NCBI GenBank assembly: GCA_041663005.1
Contig: JBAZRK010000001.1
Span: 93,360 to 157,359, forward strand
Length of the DNA: 64,000 nt
Source: Minisyncoccota bacterium
GTDB lineage: Bacteria; Patescibacteriota; Minisyncoccia; Phycocordibacterales; UBA9973
Direction of reading: 5' to 3'
Positions 17,711 through 26,575 of this stretch are shown here, in pieces. The position numbers and the translations under genes were made by a program. The notes under the pieces were generated by a model. That model ran no database searches, had not been told where the DNA came from, and saw only the letters and a list, made by a program, of their open reading frames with translations. Position 1 is the first letter of the stretch, and each line of letters opens with the position of its first letter.

Positions 17711-20128
17711 ATGGCAGACCAAGAAGGCAATGTTTTCGTGAAGTGGTATAGCGAGGTAGGAATTGAGGATGTCCCTTTTGTAGGGGGGAAAAATGCAGCA
17801 CTAGGAGAAATGTATTCAAACTTGGTGCCACTTGGCGTAAACGTTCCGGACGGTTTTGCTCTTACGGCAGATGCGTATAGACACTTTTTTAAGGAAACCG
17901 GATTAGATGAAAGGATAAAAGAAATTTTAGCTGATTTAGATACTCGAAGCATAAAGAATTTGCAAGTTCGCGGAAAAAAGGTGCGAGAGACGATTTTAAA
18001 AGCTACCTTACCGCAAGATTTGAAAGATGCTGTTACCGAATCTTACGTCAAGCTTTGTGAAAAATATGGCAAGAATACTGACGTGGCTGTGCGTTCTTCG
18101 GCTACAGCTGAAGACTTGCCAGGAGCTTCTTTTGCCGGACAACAGGAAACATATTTGAATATTCACGGCATTGAAAATATTTTAGTTGCTACCAAGAAAT
18201 GCATCGCGTCGCTCTTTACCGACCGAGCAATATCTTACCGAGCCGATAAAGGGTTTTCGCATTTCGATGCAGCACTTTCCGTCGGTATTCAGAGAATGGT
18301 GCGCTCAGACCTCTCTTCTTCGGGCGTAGCCTTCACAATAGACACTGAAACCGGTTTTGATAAAGTCATAGTCATAAACGGTATTTATGGATTGGGAGAA
18401 TATATAGTGCAAGGTATGGTGATACCGGATGAATTTATTGTTTACAAACCCACACTTGAAGGCGGAGTAAAAAATCCAATCATTGGCAAACACTTAGGAA
18501 AAAAGAGCATTAAGCTGGTGTACGCGAAGGATGGAACCAAAAAAGAAAACGTAAAAGAAAAAGATCAAATACAATATTCTCTAACTGATGATGAAGTCAA
18601 GAAGCTGGCGGGCTGGTGTTTGCAAATAGAAAAATATTTCTCAAAAAAGCATAATAGATATCAACCGATGGATATAGAATGGGCGAAAGATGGAAAAACG
18701 GGGGAGCTGTTTATCGTGCAAGCGCGCCCCGAGACTGTGCGTTCTGCTGAAGATAAAAATGTTTTGAAAGAATATCATTTGGAAAAAACCGGCAAGGTGA
18801 TAGTGAACGGGATTTCTGTGGGGGCCAAGATGGGGAGTGGAAAAGTCCGAATACTAAAAAGCGCCAAAAATATTTCTCAATTCCAAAAAGGGGAGGTGTT
18901 GGTTACTGAAATTACCGATCCGGATTGGGAGCCGATAATGAAGATAGCCAGCGCGATCATAACCGACAAAGGAGGCCGAACTTCGCATGCAGCTATAGTT
19001 TCCCGCGAATTGGGGATTCCTTGCATTGTGGGGTCAAATAACGCCACTAAAACGCTTAAAAATGGGCAGGAGGTGACTGTGGATGCTTCTACGGGACAAG
19101 TGTATGAAGGTATATTGCCGTTTAAGGTTACTGAGCATCATCTGGATAAAGTTGCCAAGCCACCGGTAAAAATAATGGTAAATATTGGTTCGCCGAACGA
19201 CGCTTTTGCTAATCATCACTTACCAGCAGAAGGCGTGGGCCTCGGCAGGCTCGAGTTTATAATCGCTTCATTTGTGCGAGCACACCCAAATGCATTGCTT
19301 CAATACGAAAATCTCAAAAAGGGAAAACAAACTCCTTATATTAAAAATGTTCTAAAAGAAATTGACCGCTTAACTCCGCTTTATAAAAACAAAGCGCAAT
19401 TTTATGTGGATGAGCTGGCGCTCGGGATTGCTAAAATTGCGGCTACATTTGCTCCCCATGATGTGATAATTCGTTTTTCTGATTTCAAGACTAACGAGTA
19501 CCGCACACTTTTAGGTGGAGAGTTGTATGAACCCAAAGAAGAAAACCCGATGCTCGGATGGAGAGGTGCATCACGATATTATGATCCGAAATTTAAAGAT
19601 GCTTTTGCTTTGGAATGCCAAGCGATGAAAAAAGTTCGCGAAGAAATGGGATTCACAAATGTCGTGCCGATGATTCCTTTCTGCCGAACTCCAGAAGAAG
19701 GCAAGCAAGTTATCGAAGTTATGAAATCAAATGGCCTGGATAGAGCCACTGACCCTACTCTTCGAGTGTATGTAATGTGTGAAATTCCTTCAAATATTTT
19801 ACTTGCCGACGAGTTCCTAGAAATATTCGATGGTATGTCTATCGGTTCGAACGATCTGACTCAGCTTACTTTAGGACTTGATAGAGATTCTGGAATCGTC
19901 ACTCATATTGCCAATGAAAATAATCCAGCAGTCAAGAAAATGGTGGCAGAGATAATTCACAAATGCCGAGCGAAAAATAAATACATAGGTATTTGTGGAC
20001 AGGCTCCTTCGGACTATCCTGAGTTTGCAAAATTCTTGATGGAAGAGGGAATAGAAAGTATGTCGCTTAACCCCGACACAGTGTTTAAGATTATAATGGC
20101 GCTTGGCAATTCCACAAAAAGCGGTTAA
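17711..20128 (+). CDS. ppsA: phosphoenolpyruvate synthase
   Basis: VGGKNAALGEM, VRSSATAEDLPGASFAGQQ, GGRTSHAAI (phospho-His), SIGSNDLTQ. Confidence 0.96.
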   Translation: MADQEGNVFVKWYSEVGIEDVPFVGGKNAALGEMYSNLVPLGVNVPDGFALTADAYRHFFKETGLDERIKEILADLDTRSIKNLQVRGKKVRETILKATLPQDLKDAVTESYVKLCEKYGKNTDVAVRSSATAEDLPGASFAGQQETYLNIHGIENILVATKKCIASLFTDRAISYRADKGFSHFDAALSVGIQRMVRSDLSSSGVAFTIDTETGFDKVIVINGIYGLGEYIVQGMVIPDEFIVYKPTLEGGVKNPIIGKHLGKKSIKLVYAKDGTKKENVKEKDQIQYSLTDDEVKKLAGWCLQIEKYFSKKHNRYQPMDIEWAKDGKTGELFIVQARPETVRSAEDKNVLKEYHLEKTGKVIVNGISVGAKMGSGKVRILKSAKNISQFQKGEVLVTEITDPDWEPIMKIASAIITDKGGRTSHAAIVSRELGIPCIVGSNNATKTLKNGQEVTVDASTGQVYEGILPFKVTEHHLDKVAKPPVKIMVNIGSPNDAFANHHLPAEGVGLGRLEFIIASFVRAHPNALLQYENLKKGKQTPYIKNVLKEIDRLTPLYKNKAQFYVDELALGIAKIAATFAPHDVIIRFSDFKTNEYRTLLGGELYEPKEENPMLGWRGASRYYDPKFKDAFALECQAMKKVREEMGFTNVVPMIPFCRTPEEGKQVIEVMKSNGLDRATDPTLRVYVMCEIPSNILLADEFLEIFDGMSIGSNDLTQLTLGLDRDSGIVTHIANENNPAVKKMVAEIIHKCRAKNKYIGICGQAPSDYPEFAKFLMEEGIESMSLNPDTVFKIIMALGNSTKSG

Positions 20129-20140
20129 TATACCGCTTAA

Positions 20141-20211
20141 GCGGGATTAGTTTAGTGGTAAAATGAGTCCTTCCCAAGGATTAGACGCGGGTTCGATTCC
20201 CGCATCCCGCA
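20141..20211 (+). tRNA. tRNA-Gly(CCC)
   Basis: Cloverleaf; anticodon arm AGTCC-TT-CCC-AA-GGATT; T-loop GTTCGATTC. Confidence 0.95.
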
Positions 20212-20274
20212 CAAAAAGGGCACGCTTGACAGGTATGCTATAATTAAAATATTAGAAGTTAACAGAGAAAAATT

Positions 20275-20511
20275 ATGCAAAACGTAACCATTTATTCGAC
20301 TCCGACCTGCCACTTCTGCCATATGGCTAAAGAGTTTTTCAAAGAAAACAATGTGGCCTATACCGACTATGACGTTGCGGCAGATTTGGAAAAAAGACAA
20401 GAAATGATGCAAAAAAGTGGACAGCTAGGTGTACCCGTAATCGTTATTGGTAATGACATAACTGTAGGTTTCGATCGCCCAAAGCTCGCTAAGCTTCTAA
20501 ACTTGGCCTAG
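20275..20511 (+). CDS. glutaredoxin / NrdH-redoxin family protein
   Basis: YSTPTCHFC, GQLGVPVI, GFD. Confidence 0.9.
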   Translation: MQNVTIYSTPTCHFCHMAKEFFKENNVAYTDYDVAADLEKRQEMMQKSGQLGVPVIVIGNDITVGFDRPKLAKLLNLA

Positions 20512-21745
20512 TTTTCTTCAGCGGCAAAGTTACGATAAAAGTGCTTCCTTTCCCAAGGGAGCTTTTTACGTCTATTTTGCCTTTATGTAGGTCTATGACC
20601 CACTTTGCTATGGGAAGACCGAGTCCAGAATGGCCACCTTCGCGGTTGTGAGATTTATCCGCACGGAAAAAACGTTCAAATATGTGTGGCAAGTCTTCTT
20701 TGGAAATGCCCACGCCGTCGTCTTTAACATGTATGGCCACGGATGTTTTGTTTGTTTCAATAGCAACCTCAATTTTAGTTCCGCCGTAAGTTATTGCGTT
20801 TCTTACCAAGTTTAGGAAGACCCGTTCTAAGTATTTCTCGTCTCCTAAGATAACAGCATTTTTTGCGCCGCGTTTTTTCAGAATGGTTATGCCTTTTTCT
20901 TTGGCCAGATTTTTTAATTTATCGGCCGCGCGGTGCGCAATATCAGCCACATTTACTGGGACGGAGGTTATTGATCGGCGGACCTTACCCGAGGTTATAA
21001 GTACAAGGTCTGAAAGTAATTCAGACAAGTTCACGATCTCCTCATCTATGTCCTTAAGTGCATTTTTAGCGGACTTCAAATCGTTTTTCTTATTAGCTAG
21101 ATAAATGTGCCCGCGCATAATAGTAAGGGGAGTCCGAAATTCGTGGGTAGTATTTGCGATAAATTCACTTTTCAATTTTTCCTGTATCAGAAGAATGTTT
21201 GTGGCCTTTTCCCTTTCTTTCATAGCTGTGGCTTCTTTTTCTTGCGCAACCAGTTTATGTATCGTTATTGCCTGTGCGGCGGTGCTACCTATTGCTTGCG
21301 CAAAAACCAATTCATTTTTTGTGAAATTATGTGGCTTTTTATTGCAAAACATTAAACTGCCGTAAATATGATTGCCGTGATAAATCGGGATAATGACATA
21401 ACTCTTCATGTAATGATTTATGTCGTCTATGTCTAGTGATTTGTAGTTTTTGTTCTTTACCTGGCTGTCGGAAAAAGGTTTTTTAGTTTTTATAGCTATA
21501 TAATTGCCGCCTTCGGGTCTTGGTAGAGGGGGGTCAAAAGGAACATTGGGGCACTTATACGCTAGCCTGAAACCTTCGCCGTCTTTCCACCACGCCCAAC
21601 CGAAGTCAGCTTCCAGGATTTTAATACCGCTCAATATGAAATTTTTGATTATCACCCTGTCGTCCTTTTCCACCATAGAGTCTAGTGTGGTTTGGTTGAG
21701 CAAAGTTATTTTTTTTGAAATTATATCAATTCTAGGTTGTGTCAT
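20489..21745 (-). CDS. soluble GAF-domain sensor histidine kinase
   Basis: GAF-like N-terminus, THEFRTPL (H box), NLVRNA, DDGVG, GLGL. Confidence 0.9.
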   Translation of the reverse strand: MTQPRIDIISKKITLLNQTTLDSMVEKDDRVIIKNFILSGIKILEADFGWAWWKDGEGFRLAYKCPNVPFDPPLPRPEGGNYIAIKTKKPFSDSQVKNKNYKSLDIDDINHYMKSYVIIPIYHGNHIYGSLMFCNKKPHNFTKNELVFAQAIGSTAAQAITIHKLVAQEKEATAMKEREKATNILLIQEKLKSEFIANTTHEFRTPLTIMRGHIYLANKKNDLKSAKNALKDIDEEIVNLSELLSDLVLITSGKVRRSITSVPVNVADIAHRAADKLKNLAKEKGITILKKRGAKNAVILGDEKYLERVFLNLVRNAITYGGTKIEVAIETNKTSVAIHVKDDGVGISKEDLPHIFERFFRADKSHNREGGHSGLGLPIAKWVIDLHKGKIDVKSSLGKGSTFIVTLPLKKTRPSLEA

Positions 21746-21806
21746 AAATTTTTAGAACTGTGCGGGGGAGAGGAAGCATCGCTTCTCTCCACCCGCCAGT
21801 ACTTGA

Positions 21807-22349
21807 TCATGCTAACTTCACACCCCCCATGTAGAATGCGCTCATGTCCCTGAGGCCGGCTCGACCTCCCGTGAATTGAGAATAGTCTCGTACGAGGAAC
21901 GATTCCTGCTTCTGGTTCCACCAGAAGAGCAGGGCGTAGGCATACCGTCCACCAACCAGCATTTGCAGACCGCTGGGATACTGTTTGGCGAAGTTCGGAT
22001 CTTGCAAACACAGCGCAAGCTGGGCCTGAAAGTCCGCACGGAGCCCGTAACGCCTGTACTGTAGGAACAACTCATACGACGAGGTAAACCTCGGGAGGAA
22101 GAAGAAGAAAAGTTCGACTTCCTCTATTCCCGTCCCATACCGACAGAACCGGAGGACTTCCGGGTCTATGTGTTTTCTACCGGAGAGATCCTCTATCTGT
22201 TGCTGGATCGCGTCCCTGTCCACCAAAACTTTTCGAGAAAAAAGTTTTGGTGCGGGATTGTTTAGTTCAGGGCTGTGGACCGAGAGTCGGGCGGACGATA
22301 TTACAAACTCATCCGTTTCGTCTCCCCTCAACACGAGTTTCGATATCAT
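21807..22349 (-). CDS. orphan hypothetical protein (SD-led, GC-richer)
   Basis: 180-aa ORF preceded by GAAAGGAGGGGAA-ATG and followed by a GC hairpin. Confidence 0.6.
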   Translation of the reverse strand: MISKLVLRGDETDEFVISSARLSVHSPELNNPAPKLFSRKVLVDRDAIQQQIEDLSGRKHIDPEVLRFCRYGTGIEEVELFFFFLPRFTSSYELFLQYRRYGLRADFQAQLALCLQDPNFAKQYPSGLQMLVGGRYAYALLFWWNQKQESFLVRDYSQFTGGRAGLRDMSAFYMGGVKLA

Positions 22350-22640
22350 TTCCCCTCCTTTCAGGGGTGTTTTGCGACCCCTTAAGAACGGGGGTGAGGT
22401 TAGAGCATTGTTAATGGAAAGAACAACACTGATGTATTTTTACCACAAAACCGAGTAATCCACAAGAAAATTTAATCTGAATTTAATAGATGAGCTTGAG
22501 CTTATGCGGCTACAAATAATTTTTCGCCATCGCTCAAAATTTTCGCAGTCCACCCCTCGTGGTTTTGCGTGCTCGTAAAACATTGCTGCGGTTGACCCAG
22601 AACGAAAAAAAGCGCAACAGTGCGCTTTCCTTCGTTTCTG

Positions 22641-22712
22641 TGTCCTCGGCAGGAATCGAACCTGCAATTACTCCTTAGGACGGAGTCGTTATATCCATTT
22701 AACTACGAAGAC
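22641..22712 (-). tRNA. tRNA-Arg(CCT)
   Basis: Reverse complement GTCTTCGTAG...ACTCC-GT-CCT-AA-GGAGT...GGTTCGATTCC...GAGGACA. Confidence 0.93.
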
Positions 22713-22788
22713 TTACACCTTATAATTTAGCACACAAAGCGGGGATTAGGAATTGGATTTTTTATATTATTTTTGCTAGTATTTAGCC

Positions 22789-23043
22789 ATGTCGCCCGAA
22801 GAAAGAGAGATGCTTTTGAAATGTGTCACTCTCGCTGAGGAGAACAATAAAATATTGCATGCGATGAAGCGTTCTATGATGTGGACGCGGGTTACACGAA
22901 TTGTGTATTGGACCTTGATAATAGGCTCTACTGTCGGGGCTTATTATTTCATCCAGCCGTATTTAGAGCAGATTATCGGAGTGTACGGCGGTACCAAATC
23001 GAGTATCGACAACGTTAACTCCCTTTTTGAAAATTTTAGATAG
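22789..23043 (+). CDS. small membrane hypothetical protein
   Basis: LAEENNKIL...YWTLIIG..IQPYL, single TM. Confidence 0.7.
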   Translation: MSPEEREMLLKCVTLAEENNKILHAMKRSMMWTRVTRIVYWTLIIGSTVGAYYFIQPYLEQIIGVYGGTKSSIDNVNSLFENFR

Positions 23044-23048
23044 CAAAT

Positions 23049-23121
23049 GCCTGGGTAGCTCAGTTGGTAGAGCATTCCCCTGAAGAGGGAAGGGTCCGCA
23101 GTTCGATCCTGCGCCCAGGCA
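23049..23121 (+). tRNA. tRNA-Phe(GAA)
   Basis: GCCTGGG...TTCCC-CT-GAA-GA-GGGAA...GTTCGATCC...CCCAGGCA. Confidence 0.95.
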
Positions 23122-23164
23122 CACAAAACAAAACAGCGCCGCGGCGCTGTTTTGTTTTGTGTGC
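23119..23164. terminator. perfect 46-bp palindrome, likely bidirectional terminator between tRNA-Phe and hsp20
   Basis: GCACACAAAACAAAACAGCGCCGCGGCGCTGTTTTGTTTTGTGTGC equals its own reverse complement. Confidence 0.75.
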
Positions 23165-23652
23165 TAAATAGATTTAACTCGAATATTTGATTTCTTTTCT
23201 TTGTCTACCTTCTTTATTTTTATAGTGAGTAGACCGTGCCTTTCAGTTGCCTCAACTTCTTCCGGTTCAACTTCTGCAGGAAGAGAAATAGTTCTCGAAA
23301 ACTTGCCCCAGTAAAGCTCCTTTGTGAAATAGTTATCTTCATCGATAGTGCGAGATTCTTCGCGCTTGCCTCGTACGGTGACCACATCGCGGGCGACGGA
23401 AATCTCCAAGTCCTCCGGCTTAACGCCAGCCACCATTGTTTGAATTACCATATCGGTCGGCGTTTGATAGACGTCTACGGTGAGTTCCGCTTCGTCGTTC
23501 TCTTCTTCTATCCAGCTTGCCACGCCTTTCTTATCATTCTTTTCTGATTTGCCATTGCGACCCGCATACGCATTATTTTCTTGTTCGTCTTCTTCCTCCA
23601 GACTCAAGCTGCCGGTTAATCTTTCAAAAAAACTTCTCTTTTTCTTTTCCAT
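23164..23652 (-). CDS. small heat-shock protein Hsp20/alpha-crystallin
   Basis: VDVYQT, AGVKPEDLEI, ELYWGKFSRTISLP, HGLLTIKI. Confidence 0.9.
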   Translation of the reverse strand: MEKKKRSFFERLTGSLSLEEEDEQENNAYAGRNGKSEKNDKKGVASWIEEENDEAELTVDVYQTPTDMVIQTMVAGVKPEDLEISVARDVVTVRGKREESRTIDEDNYFTKELYWGKFSRTISLPAEVEPEEVEATERHGLLTIKIKKVDKEKKSNIRVKSI

Positions 23653-23679
23653 AAATATTTTTTATTAATTATAATTTTT

Positions 23680-24378
23680 TTATTTACTTATTCGACGAAC
23701 TTTTTCAAAAAGTAGCAGAATTAAAATAGTCGCTACCCAGAGAAACGCGAAAACTTTCATAAAATCATTGCCGCTGTTCCTTATTATAAAGAAATTAAAA
23801 GCGCTGTGCAAGGCGATGGCTACAATAAAACCTAAAATTGTCGAGAACGTCCTGGTTAACCTCCCTGAATGCATCGACATTCCTATCGCGATGCCCAAAC
23901 TTCCGCTCGCAACAGTGTGGAGGAGAGTAGAGCCTACGAACCTGAGCTGTCCAGTTAGAAGCGCAACAGTGGCGCCGGAAAGGGCGATAGGTTTTATTAA
24001 AAATAAAGTATTTTCCAGCGTAGCGAAGCCCAATGCCGCCGTAATCATGTATATCGGCCAGTCTATCGGATGGTCCGCGTTGTTGGTTCGGTAAAGCACA
24101 GCTAGGACCGCGAGGTATTTGAGAACTTCCTCCGCACTGGCCCAGAGCGCAAGCTTGCCCTCGTAGGAGCCGATGTGCGCATCAATAAATTTCTGTACCG
24201 GAAGAACTAGCACCACCGTAGCTATGCCCATAGCGAAAACAATAGCGAGTAGAACTGCGGGTTCCGGGTGCTCTTCGTCTTCTTTTAGCCAGAACCATAA
24301 CCAAAAGAGAGAGGGTATAAGCCCGCCGAAAACGAACGCAAGAGCGAAAATTTTTATATCTCCTCCTGGGATGGCCAT
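23680..24378 (-). CDS. prsW: PrsW family intramembrane metalloprotease
   Basis: EEVLK, GFATLEN, LH..A, LHSAFN. Confidence 0.85.
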   Translation of the reverse strand: MAIPGGDIKIFALAFVFGGLIPSLFWLWFWLKEDEEHPEPAVLLAIVFAMGIATVVLVLPVQKFIDAHIGSYEGKLALWASAEEVLKYLAVLAVLYRTNNADHPIDWPIYMITAALGFATLENTLFLIKPIALSGATVALLTGQLRFVGSTLLHTVASGSLGIAIGMSMHSGRLTRTFSTILGFIVAIALHSAFNFFIIRNSGNDFMKVFAFLWVATILILLLFEKVRRISK

Positions 24379-26537
24379 TTTTCTGTCATTAATAAAGTTC
24401 TATTGTGCATCGACCATATTTCTTCGGTAACAAAAGGCATAAAGGGATGCAGGGCTTTGAGTAGGGTGTTGAGTTGTGTCAGGAGCAGAGCTCGCGCCGA
24501 GTCGACGTTGGTATTATTTTTTTCACTTTCGATAATTTTCTTTTTAGAGCGTTCGATTATGATGTCGGCGAAGGTGTGCCAGAAATAATGATACAATTTT
24601 TCAGCGACGATGTAGAACTTGTATTCATCCATTTCATTTGTAATTTCGGCTATGAGGGCGCGCAACTCTTCATCGGATTTCTTATCATCTTCGTCATACT
24701 TAAGTTCTTTGGGATTTTCTGAAAGTGTGAAATCTTGGGTGTTATCGTAGACAAATCGCGCTGCGTTCCAGATTTTATTTGAAAACTTGCTATAAGCTTT
24801 AACTTTTTGAATATCAAATTTGCCGTCGGCACCCGGACCTATGCCTACAATCATAGACATCCGTAAAGCGTCCGCTCCGTGCTCCTTGATAACTTCTAGA
24901 GGGTCTACGCCGTTGTTGAGTGACTTACTAAATTTCTGACCCTTAGCATCACGCAATATGCCGTGGAGATATACTGTTTCAAAAGGTATAGTGCCTATCA
25001 AGTATTGTGACATCAGAATCATTCGCGCCACCCAGAAGAAAAGAATTTCGTAGCCGGGATTAATCACGTTAGTTGGATGAAAGTTTTTCAGGTCTTCGGT
25101 GTTTTCCGGCCATCCGAGTGTTGAGAAAGTCCATAATCCGGAAGAAAACCAGGTATCGAGAGTATCTTCGTCCTGCACCCACCCTGAGCCTTCTGGAGCC
25201 TTAATCCCGCAATAAATCTCTTCGTCCTTGTACCACACTGGTATTCTGTGTCCGTACCAAATTTGACGGGAAATGCACCAATCGCGCAGATTTTCTATCC
25301 AGTTGAAATACACCCGTTTGAAGTGGTCAGGAATTATCTTTATCTTTTTCTCACGAACCGGCTCCAGCATCAGTTCTTTCAGAGACTTGTTTCCCCGAGC
25401 CGGGATTTTTTTATTTACATCCACGAACCATTGGAGCATTATTTGCGGTTCGATAAGCCCACCAGTGCGTTCTGCGGTCGCCACTCTGTTTACGTAATTT
25501 TCATCAACCGAGACCAGAAGCCCTTTATCTTTCAATTTTTCAACAATTTTTTCTCTGGCGTCGGTGATTTTCATACCGACAAATTCTTGGGCAACAGGTA
25601 GAAGTTTACCGTACGGGTCTATTATTTGCTCCTTGTCCAGTTTATATTTTTCCGCTAGAGCGAAGTCTTCGTGTGAATGCCAGGGAGTTATTGTCATAAC
25701 TCCGGTGCCGAATTCCATATCAATCATCTCGTCTTTAATGACCGTAGCTTCTACCGGGCCATTAATCCACTCAAGAGATAGTTTCTGACCGTGAGTATAA
25801 TCTTGGTAGCGTTTGTCGTCCGGATGCATCACTACATACTTGTCGCCAAATTTTGTTTCTGGCCTGGCAGTCCCTATTTCAAAAGGTCCATATTTAAAAG
25901 TATAAAATTTCCCCTTTCTTTCTTCGTACACGAGCTCATCGTCGGAAATAACAGTTTGGCCCTTCGGATCCCAGTTGACGATGCGATGTCCGCGATAAAT
26001 CAGTCCGTCGTCATACATCTGCTTGAAGGCGGTGCGAACCGCAAAGTTGCGCTTCTCGTCGAAAGTGAAAGCTTCTCTGGACCAGTCGAGTGATGCGCCC
26101 ATTTTGCGAAGTTGGCTGACGATAGTTTTCCTGCTACCCTCGACAAATTCGTTGACGCGCTCCAAGAATTTTTCTCGGCCGATATCTTTTTTCTTGATGC
26201 CTTCCTTCTCAAGCATTTTTGTTACCTTTGAATCTGTGGCTATGGCGGCGTGATCCGTACCCGGAATCCATACTGTTTGTTTCCCTTGCATTCGCTGGTA
26301 CCGTATCATCGTGTCTTGCATTGAGTCCTCAAGTGTGTGACCCAAGTGTAAAACACCAGTTGCGTTGGGAGGTGGGAGAACAATAGAGAACCTTTTACCG
26401 AAATTAGCGTTGGTTTTAGAATTTTTTGCCCATTCGGGTCGTACTTCTGGCGCAAAAAAACCGCTCTCTTCCCAAAGCTTATAAATTCTGTCCTCGGTAT
26501 TTTGCGGGTCGTAGGGCTTTTTCAGACGGTCGTCCAT
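24354..26537 (-). CDS. valS: valine--tRNA ligase (short form lacking C-terminal coiled-coil arm)
   Basis: PPPNATGVLHLGH, PGTDHAAIAT, DWCISRQIWYGHRIP, DTWFSS, KFSKS. Confidence 0.95.
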   Translation of the reverse strand: MDDRLKKPYDPQNTEDRIYKLWEESGFFAPEVRPEWAKNSKTNANFGKRFSIVLPPPNATGVLHLGHTLEDSMQDTMIRYQRMQGKQTVWIPGTDHAAIATDSKVTKMLEKEGIKKKDIGREKFLERVNEFVEGSRKTIVSQLRKMGASLDWSREAFTFDEKRNFAVRTAFKQMYDDGLIYRGHRIVNWDPKGQTVISDDELVYEERKGKFYTFKYGPFEIGTARPETKFGDKYVVMHPDDKRYQDYTHGQKLSLEWINGPVEATVIKDEMIDMEFGTGVMTITPWHSHEDFALAEKYKLDKEQIIDPYGKLLPVAQEFVGMKITDAREKIVEKLKDKGLLVSVDENYVNRVATAERTGGLIEPQIMLQWFVDVNKKIPARGNKSLKELMLEPVREKKIKIIPDHFKRVYFNWIENLRDWCISRQIWYGHRIPVWYKDEEIYCGIKAPEGSGWVQDEDTLDTWFSSGLWTFSTLGWPENTEDLKNFHPTNVINPGYEILFFWVARMILMSQYLIGTIPFETVYLHGILRDAKGQKFSKSLNNGVDPLEVIKEHGADALRMSMIVGIGPGADGKFDIQKVKAYSKFSNKIWNAARFVYDNTQDFTLSENPKELKYDEDDKKSDEELRALIAEITNEMDEYKFYIVAEKLYHYFWHTFADIIIERSKKKIIESEKNNTNVDSARALLLTQLNTLLKALHPFMPFVTEEIWSMHNRTLLMTEKWPSQEEI

Positions 26538-26575
26538 TTCGTAATAATATCATACCTACCGGGCCTGAGCGAGGA

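Noticed and set aside
22440-22667. 75-aa ORF on the minus strand
   Set aside because: It overlaps tRNA-Arg and the trailing structured element; likely spurious.
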